Assembly (NCBI GenBank): GCA_024626585.2
Contig: JANKJI020000002.1
Span: 92,596,469 to 92,621,730 of the forward strand
Reading direction: 5' to 3'
DNA: 25,262 bases
DNA from: Ginkgo biloba
Taxonomy: Eukaryota; Plantae; Ginkgophyta
The position numbers and the translations under genes were made by a program. Shown piece by piece: positions 10,641 to 20,534 of this stretch. Below the pieces are notes generated by a model. That model was not told where the DNA came from. It did no database searches and saw only the letters and a program-made list of their open reading frames with translations. Position 1 is the first letter of the stretch, and the number at the start of each line of letters is the position of its first letter.

Positions 10641-10654
10641 TTCCCTAGGTCATG

Positions 10655-10887
10655 AGCTAATGTATAAAGATATTACAAAGGAAAGGCCAAATGTTTGAAG
10701 GCAATTTATCCCTTTTATTTAATGAAGCTACAAAGGATCCCAGGCCTAGTAAATTAAAGCATAAATGGTAGGACCATTTATTCTCTATAAGGTTTTCTAT
10801 AAGGGTTCCTATTATTTAGCACACATGGATGGTACATTGTTTCCTATTCCAACTAATGAGACATACCTCAAGAAGTATTATGCTTGA
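10655..10887 (+). mobile_element. Tat/Ogre-like integrase C-terminus (GPY/F) to stop codon
   Basis: MFEGNLSLLFNEATKDPRPSKLKHKW/GPFILYKVFYKGSYYLAHMDGTLFPIPTNETYLKKYYA* (cf. F.EGDLVL...GKF...W.GPY.V..V..KGAY.L.D.DG......NG.YLKKYYA*). Confidence 0.9.
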
Positions 10888-10890
10888 GAA

Positions 10891-10945
10891 TAAAGAGGGG
10901 GCATTTTTACCATCCACCCCTCATTCACATTTAAAGAGGGAGCAT
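10891..10945 (+). repeat. PPT-like 41-bp-spaced repeat after the integrase stop
   Basis: TAAAGAGGGG at 10891 and 10932, with complementary CCCCTC at 10917-10922. Confidence 0.6.
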
Positions 10946-11069
10946 ATTTTTCAGATATTATGTGTCCTANNNNNNNNNNNNNNNNNNNNNNNNNNNNNNN
11001 NNNNNNNNNNNNNNNNNNNNNNNNNNNNNNNNNNNNNNNNNNNNNNNNNNNNNNNNNNNNNNNNNNNNN

Positions 11070-11816
11070 TGATGGGTCTCTTCCTTATGTTCCTGGCCAA
11101 CTTCTCTTTATCCTTCAAAGCTAACTGATATGCCTCTTCCACTATTTTTATTATGTGCATGGTTATTTCATATTGAATGGGATAGCTTAGTCCATTCACA
11201 TACCTAAACACCAACTTATCTTGACTATAATCATTTTCGCTCCTTATGGATAGATTTCAAAATTTATCAGTATACCTCTATATACTCTTTTATCTCTGTT
11301 TTAAGTTCTAAAATGAGTTGAATAAGTTATGTCTATAATCTTTAGGTATAAATTCTTTCTTGATATTTTATAACACTTTAGTCCATATTCTGATTTTATC
11401 CTTGCCCTTTCTCACCCTTTCCTTTTGTAAGTGTTCCACCATATGGATGTATATCCATTCAATATTGTGCATGAAAATTTCACTCTTTTGGGGTATTCAA
11501 TATCTTCCCACTAGAATTAGTTTCCTAGGGAATTAATCTAATCCAATAATTCCTCCATTTTTAAGATTCCTCCATGGTTTAGAACTTCAATCTTTGATTC
11601 TCATTTCTTGTCCTTTAGTAATCTCACAAAAAACTCCACCACAACATTTAGTCTCTATTCTCATCTCTCTTCTTATTCGTCCTCTAGCTCTTAATCATTA
11701 TCCTGCCCATGTATTTGTCTTTGGTTTTAATTTTCTATCTCCTCAATTTACCTTCTCAGGGATTTAATTTCTCTATTGGATGCTACCAATATTCCTCTTA
11801 AAATTTTTCTTTCCAT
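11070..11816 (-). mobile_element. Decayed CRM-like chromovirus gag (5' part)
   Basis: ATG at 11816: MERKILRG...; then KIEVLNHGGILKMEELLD*IN...WEDIEYPKRVKFSCTILNGYTSIWWN...RVRKGKDKIRIWTK...KKEFIPKDYR..LFNSF*NLKQR...LVFRYVNGLSYPIQYEI...VEEAYQLALKDKEKL, a typical CRM retrotransposon gag. Confidence 0.9.
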
Positions 11817-11864
11817 CTTGTAGTCCTTTTTCTTAATAAAATCACTATCCAACTAACCTCCCTT

Positions 11865-11876
11865 AGTTTGATACTA
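11865..11876 (-). promoter_or_regulatory. Primer-binding site (tRNA-iMet), decayed
   Basis: Minus strand TAGTATCAAACT versus canonical TGGTATCAGAGC, 2 nt inside the LTR end and upstream of gag. Confidence 0.75.
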
Positions 11877-11878
11877 TA

Positions 11879-12927
11879 TGATAGCGAAACACCCTAGTTG
11901 AGCATAATTAAGGAGAAACATACACCATGATTCTCAAGAATTACAGAATTTAATTTTCCTTCATACTATTATTACATCTGTCCGAATTGGATCAAATTAT
12001 ATAAATTACAAATATCTTCACTCTAAATAGGATTGTCTTATAGAAGTACCAAGACCTCCTTCTTAGAGGGGATATAGAAAATGACCATGCCCTAAAATAA
12101 TTATCTATATAATAAAACCCTTTAATCTCTATATGTGTCTTTAAAAACCCACATACCACTCTCAATTAGTGTTCCCTTTGACATTTGAAAAAAGCATATG
12201 ACTTTCTATATTTATTTTGGGTGCCTAAATTGAATATCACAAACCTTCTTATCGCCTTTTTCCTTCCAACCTGTCTTCTCTAGATTCTATCTCTACCTAT
12301 CAAACTTGTCGCTCCCCCCATTTTTTATTCTCTCCCCTTGTGTGGAAAAATTGGTTATGATCCTTTTTCCTTAACCTACCTCTATCCTTCTCAAACTCTA
12401 TTCGTGTAGTATTCATGATGCCATTAATGCAAGTATAGATGGAGTAAAAGAATATCCATTCATGTTACCTTCCCATTTAAATTCACTTGCTTTAAAATTT
12501 TACTCTATCATTCACCCTCTTTTCATTTTCTTTGTCAATCACTTTTATTATTTCACAAATAACCTAAGTTATTCGTTGGATTATTTCCCATTCACTAGAT
12601 ATTTTTCTAGTTTTCTGAGCTCTTTTCATCCATTAACAAAGCTATAGAATCTATTCGTCAAACTCTTTACACTATTTGATACCACGTTCATTAAGATGCT
12701 CACTCCCTATTTAGTCCTTTGCTCATTTTCCAAGGCTTATTTCTTATTTAATTCCCTATTTACTAAGTTATTTAGGTCATTTTTTAGTACTTATTAGCCC
12801 ATTCACTAAACTCTTTATCCCGTTCATCAGGGTTACTTAGCCCATTTTCCAAAATTAACTCACAAGTTCTTAAGATTATTATAATGGCATTAATTCTTAA
12901 AAAAATTTCTAAGATTTCCTTACATCA
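11879..12927 (-). mobile_element. 5' LTR of the CRM-like element (1049 bp)
   Basis: Minus-strand termini TGATGTAAGG...CGCTATCA (TGATG...TATCA, characteristic of CRM LTRs), followed by PBS and gag. Confidence 0.8.
12570..12860. repeat. Degenerate short repeats in U3 of the CRM-like LTR
   Basis: Recurring CCCATTCACTA / CCCGTTCATCA / CCTATTTACTAAG / CCCATTTTCCAA / CACGTTCATTAAG variants. Confidence 0.55.
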
Positions 12928-12929
12928 AT

Positions 12930-13605
12930 ATCATTCTTATTTTTTTCATTTATACCATATTAATCTAAATTATTATATAACTCCAAAACAAAATCTTCAA
13001 CCATTAATGCTAAAGTCAAGTTCTTTTATGTACCACCATTAAGAATAGTTGTCAATAAATTGTCTTAACCTACAAACATAATGCAATGATACTTTTCTAA
13101 TCCTTTCTCTTATACTTGGTGTTGATAAGAGAAATTAAAATATTAGGCTCTTATGAATTGATGGTAACCTCTAGTCCTCTTCTCTTACCCTTCTACTTGT
13201 TCTGAGGTAATGATTTAGGCACCTTCTATAGATGTAATTTAAACAAAGTATATTCACTATGGTCCTAATTTCCATAATTTTCACACTTCTTAGACCTTCC
13301 AAATCTTGTGGTATTACTCCTTTTGTTATAATAATAATATGGAGTGGTGTTGGCCTTCTTCTTGGACTAGCTTTAGAAATTGGTGAAGCCTTCCTTCTAG
13401 CCTCAATCTTGGAAGAAAATGGATATGCTTCTTGAATGGTGTGAAGTGGGAACAATTCCACCTCATGCCTCAAATGATTATCAAGCCCACCTACATATTT
13501 GAGGGCCATCTTATTTATTGTTTCTTGGATGTCCAACCAAATAGAAAAGTCCTAGTATTCCTTGTGATAATCCTCCAAACTTTGACCTATCTTCTTCCAT
13601 AGATA
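12930..13605 (-). mobile_element. Decayed chromovirus gag C-terminus, zinc knuckle and protease (interrupted by the CRM-like element)
   Basis: GQSLEDYHKEY*DFSIWLDIQETINKMALKYVGGLDNHLRHEVELFPLHTIQEAY (ORF 13171-13536), knuckle remnant KCENYGN*DHSEYTL, and protease remnant TILNGGT*KNL (cf. .LFD.GSQKNL). Confidence 0.8.
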
Positions 13606-13664
13606 TAGGAGGCACACAATCATACTTGGGCCTATGTAAGTAGAGTGGAAATTTTTATTGTGAT

Positions 13665-13980
13665 AGACATATCAAAGAGAACCTTAATATAGCCATAAAT
13701 AAAATCAAAATATGTATGAACTAAAAAATAGAGGCTCATTGAGTACCAAGTGAGAGATAAAGTTTTTATTTGAGTTTGATCCAAGTGAAGCACACTTAAT
13801 AAGTACAAGAAGCTTACCATTAAGTTTTGAAAACCCTTTGAAATTTTAAAAAGATCTTTTGAAAGACATGTCTTATTAGATAGCATTACTGCGACAATTA
13901 AAGGTATATAATGTCTATAATGTTTTGGTTTAAAAGGAATATGTACCTCACCCTAATCATGTGTTAGATTGGTTCCATTA
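13665..13980 (+). mobile_element. Decayed Tekay-like chromovirus integrase C-terminal fragment
   Basis: HIKENLNIA.../RLIEYQVRDKVFI*V*SK*STLNKYKKLTIKF*KPFEILKR/SY*IALLRQLKVYNVYNVLV*KEYVPHPNHVLDW (cf. EFQVGDKVFLRV..KKL..RYCGPFEILKR..AY.LALP..LK.HNVFHVS.LKKYVPDPNHV.DW). Confidence 0.85.
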
Positions 13981-16706
13981 TCTAAATGGATATGGATATG
14001 TAGTTTCGAGTGCAATTGCAAAAGAATTTACATTGACATAAGAAAAATCTATTGAACTAATATATTTCTAAGGTTTTATTTCATACAAACTTATCTAGAA
14101 GACACCGATTCAAAAAATAAGAATTGCATGCAATGAACCAATTCTTTTTTGTTCCTACCCTTTTCTTTTTCACTGAGGATAGTTCTTNNNNNNNNNNNNN
14201 NNNNNNNNNNNNNNNNNNNNNNNNNNNNNNNNNNNNNNNNNNNNNNNNNNNNNNNNNNNNNNNNNNNNNNNNNNNNNNNNNNNNNNNCGCCCACCAACTT
14301 TTGTATATTGTAATTTTGGTTTTTTCATAATTTATATAATATAGTTTCTTTGACTTTGCAAAACAAATATATATATATATATTCAATTACTAAATGAGGT
14401 AAATTTTTCCTACTAAACATAAAATATTTTATTGACCAAGGATGGAAAACTCTTGAATATTGTTCTCTAAATCACTTAGGAAGTACATATGAGACATAGC
14501 AAAGACCATACTATTTTTTGTAATGACTCTATGTAGGTCTATTAGAAAAGCATATAAATGCTTATGGAAACAAAAGAAGAAAATGTTGGAAATGAAATAA
14601 AATTTACACAAAAGTATTGTAAACAAATTAGAAACTTTCTTTGAACAAAATCAAAATATAGGTCAAATTATAATAGTAAAAGACAATTTGGAAATCCCAC
14701 CTCTCCAATACCCTTTTCCATGAATAAATTTAATTTAAAAGATAGAATTTAAATGATGATTTATATGAGATCAATTTACTCTATTTATAGCTCAATCTTA
14801 TGAGCTTATAAAATTTATCTATTATGAGCTTGAAGGTTAAGAGAGATCATAATATTTTGACGTGGTCCTTACATAGAGAAATTTCTGGCACCTTGTCTCT
14901 TAGAATTGTGAAGAGCATTTGGAAGAAAATTTTAACGTCTTCATCTTGTATCCAATTGATCATTAGGATTATACTTTTTCAAAATCATATGTATAGGTAT
15001 GCAACATGTCACACTCTCTTAATATGAATTATATTCAAAGCATGAAAAGATTATAATTCTTATAATTTTCAAGTTGCATCTTCTTCTAATAGGTTCTACA
15101 ATTTTATTGTATACTCCTTAGCTAATTTTTTTGGAAGGTTCTTTATTTTTTTTGTTAATATCATTTCTTTTTGGAGGATGAGCTTAACTTCTTTGTTTGG
15201 GATGGTAGTTTTTTCATGGAGTTTTAATTGACACCAATTTTTTTTAAGTAACAATATATGGAAATTATCATGGATTTTCCCTTTACTTAGTAATGCAATG
15301 GTGTATGATAACTTTTTTTAATTTTACTTCTTAATTTATAAGGCCGATAGAATAACCATCATAACTTTTATTTTTTCTTAGTTTTTATGATACTTTATCT
15401 TATGATTAGAGATAAATAAATACCATGTCATATTTATAAAGGTTATTTCAATTTTACTTCGAGATATCTATTATTTAATTATGTTTGTGATTGTTTTAAA
15501 GTTCTCTTTTAGAATATAGATCATGTATTATGCTTCTAATAAAACATTTTTCACCACTTAAAACTTTGATTCATTGCAATAATATTACTTTACTATCCAT
15601 AGGTATTTAGAGAAGAAATATTTATGTAGTTCCATGAAATTTGGCATCTTATTTAAGGTGTTGTATTTTTTGTTTGTCATAAAAAATTCTAGCTATAGCC
15701 ATTTAACATAATTTCTTTTCATTTGTTGTGATTTTTTGGAGGTACACCTTTAGACATTTTTTTATTACTTTTATCAACCCATTTGTTTACAAGTGTTATG
15801 AAATGATAATATTAAAACTTTTCCCTACGAATATGATTAGTTCCTATTGAGAGTTAAAAACTTTAGGTATTGGGTAGGGGATATTCTTTTTAAGAACCTA
15901 TTTACTCTGTGGAGTTCCTTTATGAACTCTTCTAATACTTTTGGTGCTTTATTACACATTTGTATATGTGTGAAGTGACCATACTTTGAGAGCCAATTTA
16001 CTACCGCAAACATTGAATCTATTCTATGTAATTTAAATAAATATTAGAATAATATCCATTGGCTCCTCTTCCAATTTTTAATTTGGTATCAATAACAGTT
16101 AGAGTAGTTGTAGAGTGACAATATTATTTAATTTTTTTATGGTGATAAGTATTACATTTTGATATGTATTTTGATGTTTCATTTTCTTCCATTACTATTA
16201 AAATGAATTCTTGATATTTTCATTTGATAGATATTAGCATGCCCTATTAATAGTGATGCATGACATTCCTATATTATCATTCCAATAAGCCTTTATTTAG
16301 CAACTATGTAGATGAAATATTTATAGTAGAGATTACTATTCTTATAAGTTTTCTTTATAACATGGGATCATTCATGATTTCCACTATTTTGAAGTAATTT
16401 TGGTAATCATATTGTATTATTTTTATATGAAATTCCTATAGATACAATTGTACAAATAATTTTTTTCTTAATCCTATAGTTATAATATTCATGGTAGGAC
16501 ATGCCATTATTTAAGGTGTATTTCACACCCTAGGGTTTATAAGAAGAATAAGAATCTCACAATTATACTTTAGTATGAAGCACTAATAAAGGGTTGGACA
16601 CTATAACGAGAAGAAGAATCTTAGTCCAAAATATAGCTAAAATGTCAAGACATCAATCCCATTCATCACCCTCTAGTTTTGTATAAAGCCAACCATATTG
16701 TATTTG

Positions 16707-17111
16707 TGATAGGAAAATCAACATTCTTCTAGTTTTAAATAAATCTACATAGCCTAAGATTCAAACAACTTATAGATCCCAACATATGTCAACAAATACA
16801 AATATATCTCATCAGTAGGTACAACAAGGATAATCCTAAGGACAACCTGAGAACCACCAATAACCAACAAAATGAGAGAGAGTATAGAAATCAAACTTAC
16901 AAAGTGAGAACTTGAAAAATGGACAAAGGGTAGATCTTGAGCCTTGCTAATAGATCGTTTTACTTTTGGAAATATTCTTAAAAAAATATGATGAAGGTTG
17001 AATATAATTTCAAAATCATTCGTAAATGTATGTGTAAAAATGCTCCTTTAATAAATGAGAGTTTAGTCAAATCATAGTCAATTCATATCATAGTTTAGAT
17101 TAAGGGATGAA
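16707..17111 (-). mobile_element. Possible LTR 3' portion
   Basis: Minus strand ends ...GATTTTCCTATCA, similar to the other chromovirus LTR ends here, and composition is LTR-like. No PBS or partner LTR seen. Confidence 0.3.
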
Positions 17112-17211
17112 NNNNNNNNNNNNNNNNNNNNNNNNNNNNNNNNNNNNNNNNNNNNNNNNNNNNNNNNNNNNNNNNNNNNNNNNNNNNNNNNNNNNNNNNN
17201 NNNNNNNNNNN

Positions 17212-17835
17212 GATTTTGATATTTAATTTACAAAATAATTTGAAGTTAAGTTTATTTCACCAGGTGATGAGCAATAAAAGGCCATTAGGTTTATGGTGAA
17301 GATTCAATAGACACATAGGCAAGTGGAAGAGTTGTTATAGAAGGCTCAACCAAGATACAAGGCACAAGATGATCAAAATAGGATTACTCATGACTTCAAA
17401 GGAGATAGGGTTTTCTTACACCTCAGTAAGAAGTAGTTACAGGGTATGGGAAAGAAGGTATGGTCCATTTAAGATAATCTAGTAGGTGGTAGAAAATGCA
17501 TTCTGACTAGATTTCCTACCATATATAGGGATTTATTTTGTGGTTAATTCAGAAAATCTAACATTATTCGATGCTTCTATGCTTGATGAAGATGAGGATT
17601 CAAGACCAATTTTTCCATCCATATAAGTTATTGTACTTGATTTGAAGTCCTAGTTATACAAATATACCATTTTATAAAAGAAACTTTGAGACACTAGGAG
17701 AGGAAAATAGGAGTTCCTATAGATTTGTGTGAAGAGATAGAATTCGACAAAGGTTAAATGGTATAGAATTGAAGNNNNNNNNNNNNNNNNNNNNNNNNNN
17801 NNNNNNNNNNNNTCACCTATTTCAAAATTAACTAA
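17212..17835 (+). mobile_element. Second, related copy of the chromovirus integrase C-terminus seen at 1-761
   Basis: GDEQ*KAIRFMVKIQ*THRQVEELL*KAQPRYKAQDDQNRITHDFKGDRVFLHLSKK*LQGMGKK/YGPFKII**VVENAF*LDFLPYIGIYFVVNSENLTLFDASMLDEDEDSRPIFPSI...DTRRGK*EFL*ICVKR*NSTKVKWYRIE. Colinear with copy 1 at the DNA level. Confidence 0.93.
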
Positions 17836-17860
17836 GTTCTTTAGGGACCAAAAAACCCCT

Positions 17861-17871
17861 AAAAGGGGAGG
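17861..17871 (+). promoter_or_regulatory. Polypurine tract
   Basis: AAAAGGGGAGG followed by TC-TAATCC, as at 786-805. Confidence 0.85.
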
Positions 17872-17873
17872 TC

Positions 17874-19010
17874 TAATCCATTTTGGGATTATAGAGGATT
17901 TTTCCATTACTTGTAGAATAATCACCTTTCGAGCTTCCTAGCAACTCAGGTAAATATGTACTTGACCAAATCACCTTTTACCATGTATTGGATGAAAAAG
18001 TGATCCCTTACTCACTAAGGNNNNNNNNNNNNNNNNNNNNNNNNNNNNNNNNNNNNNNNNNNNNNNNNNNNNNNNNNNAACATCATATAATGTGGTGTAA
18101 TAAGGGAGGACTAAGTCACTTTGTGTCTTAGGTGAAAAAGTGCTCCCTTACTAAGGGAGGAAAAAAGTCTCTAAGAATGAAAGGCATTAAGGGATAACAT
18201 AAACTCTTCAGATCCAAAAATATCATACAATATCGTGCAATAAGGGAGGAGTATGTCATTTTGTGTCCTGGGTGAAAAAAAATTCTCCCTTACTAGGGGA
18301 GGAAAAATGATGCTAAGAAGGAAAAGCATTAAGGAAGTAAATGAACTCCATAGACCCAAAAACATCATAAAATATGATGCAATAAGGGAGGAGTAAGTTG
18401 CTTCTTGTCTTGGGTGAAAAAACACACCCTTAACTCGATAAGGGAGGAAAATGAATCTAGGAGGGAGTCGCTCCTTGTCCCAGGTAAAAAGTGCTCCCTA
18501 ATTGACTAAGTATGGAAGGAGGGATCTAAGATAGATATGCCCTTACTTCAAAAATACCACCTTGGTTGAACAAGGAGGGAATTCACACTCAAGGAGGAAG
18601 CATCCTAGTTGCGAAAGGACTTTTTGGATTACTAAGTCAAGGTAAGTGGAAGAAAGAGGGAATCTAGAGATAAAATCTCCCTAAAGTGACTAGGAAGAAA
18701 GAGGGAATCTAAGGACATTAAAAGGATTCTTGATATCAACGTCTTCCTGGGTGCATTCCTTATTAGAAAATTACTCATGTGAAGGCAATCATTACAGGAA
18801 ATTTTATTTTTCTATCATCTGGGGGTAGTTTAAAAAATGGTTCAACTTCCTTCGATAGGGAAGAAATTGAACAAATTAAAAATGAGGACACAACTATAGA
18901 GGGAGAGAGGAGAATCCTAGAGGGAGCATCTAAAATAGAGAGAACTTAGCCATGGAGAGGAGGAAATAAAAGTGTTATGTGAGCAACAAGAGAAGAGGAA
19001 CAAGAGAGTG
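17874..19010 (+). mobile_element. 3' LTR of second copy (truncated by gap)
   Basis: Starts TAATCC after the PPT. Contains a tandem-repeat U3, a TATA-like CTATAGA (~18895) and a GA-rich stretch. Confidence 0.75.
17985..18500 (+). repeat. ~140-bp tandem repeat array with internal inverted repeats
   Basis: Units start at 18081, 18221 and 18363 (140/142 bp), with partial units either side. Each has TAAGGGAG plus the palindrome CTCCCTTA-C-TAAGGGAG (18143-18159) or a variant (18285-18301, 18425-18446). Confidence 0.9.
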
Positions 19011-19329
19011 NNNNNNNNNNNNNNNNNNNNNNNNNNNNNNNNNNNNNNNNNNNNNNNNNNNNNNNNNNNNNNNNNNNNNNNNNNNNNNNNNNNNNNNNNN
19101 NNNNNNNNNNGTGAAACTTTTTGGATACTAAGGTATGGATTCAATTATTATGAGAGAGAATGAGATAATCATAAAATTCATGTTAGTATAATTATTCCCT
19201 TAGAAATTAGTGATTTGGACTCAAATAGATGAGTGGTAATTTAATGATTTATTTTTTAAAATATCGATTCCATTTCAAGCGAGAAAAGTTAGTCAGAATG
19301 AAAGAGATATAAAAAGTGAAGTCCATCAC

Positions 19330-20534
19330 CACTCTCTCTTACTAGTGTGATTTTTTCATTTTTGATTTCTCCTTATTCTATTCGTGTTACATCCCTCTCT
19401 GTTTGTGTTTTTGTTCATGTGTAGGGTTCATTCTACTAGCGTTCTCTGTTGGCATTTTGCTCATTCTTAGGATCTATGATCTACTCCTCCTTACTGTATT
19501 CATATTCTACATTTGAGACCTTCTCTCATTGTGTGCTCTCTCACACACCTCTTTCTCTTTCTCATAGAGGTAATAGACTCTATTTTTGGCTAGGGTGAAA
19601 GTCTCATTTGTTGCATTTGTCTCCATTTGATGGAAACCAAAGATAAAAGGGAAGGAACCATGGTCCATAGGTCATCACATTATGTGGATTCTTTAGAGTC
19701 TAATTATATCAAAAAATGAAAAAATTATAGAGGAGATTCAGGAAGGTATGGAAAAACTACTAGAAAAAAATTTGCAGCTATATTCCCGTCTAAAAGATGC
19801 CACCTTTACTGTCCAAAAACTACAAGATGAAATTAATGAAATTAAATCTCATACCCCCAATAATGTTATATAATTTAATAGGTTGAGATTTTGTATATGG
19901 AGAAAAAAAAAGATAAAATTTTATCAAGAAATAAGATACATTAAACAATGAGACTGTTCCTAAACAATAGTCCATTCAAAGGTAAATTGACAAGCATAAC
20001 TCTTAGGTGCAAGTTGTTAAGTGGAAGAAGGCCCCTCCCATTGTTGAGCTAGTTGTGCAAACTAATTTTGAAGAGAAGAGGGCTACGCAAGTGAAGGAGT
20101 TAAGTCTTAGAATTTATGGCCTTTCAAAACCTGCCAATCCTCTTGAGATGGGATTGACCTTCATTCATTATACCTTAGACCTGAAAGATAGTTCATTATA
20201 GAAGGCTTGAGTAACATCATATTCCTTATTGATTATTTATTTTTGATCAATTAAATACTATCTATGACCTTTATGAGATAAAAAGAAACTCTTTTCACTC
20301 CCTAACAAGATATTTTTAAATGAAGACCTTACTTAGCATCAAATTGAGAAACTTAAAAAGGCATGGGCTTAAGTTATAGTGGATATAAAATATAATAAAT
20401 GAGTAGTTGTATATACCTACAGATCTTGGATTTGTGACTCTTCTCTAGCTTGGTGTTCATGTCCTTATCCCAAAAAATGATGTGAAACTCAGACTCTAAC
20501 AAGTTATGAGAACATCTCCACCGCCTGTTCAGAT
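19330..20534 (+). mobile_element. 5' part of a LINE (non-LTR retrotransposon): pyrimidine-rich 5' UTR, decayed ORF1 (19630-20480), start of ORF2 (from 20481)
   Basis: Coiled-coil N-terminus (EEIQEGMEKLLEKNLQLYSRLKDATFTVQKLQDEINEIK), then EEKRATQVKELSLRIYGL..., KKLFSLPNKIFLNEDLT*HQIEKLKKAW. The LRI.GL and IFLNEDLT motifs are typical of RRM/CTD-type LINE ORF1. Then *CETQTLTSYENISTACSD up to the gap, presumed endonuclease N-terminus. The 5' boundary is approximate. Confidence 0.8.

Noticed and set aside
9955-10654. TCTTG/TCATG as a TSD for the second LTR
   Set aside because: The right boundary would not end in CA, and the two flanks are unrelated sequences.
14367-14382. (AT)n microsatellite (also ~9018-9031) and poly-T/poly-A runs
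   Set aside because: Short and common in AT-rich DNA; no evidence of function or of a retroposed tail.
14750-15900. Possible MULE/SWIM transposase or zinc knuckle
   Set aside because: The resemblance was too weak to name; kept only as an unassigned block.
17985-18500. CRISPR-like repeat-spacer appearance of palindromic TAAGGGAG/CTCCCTTA motifs
   Set aside because: The intervening sequences are homologous tandem units rather than unique spacers. The context is a eukaryotic LTR with no cas genes.
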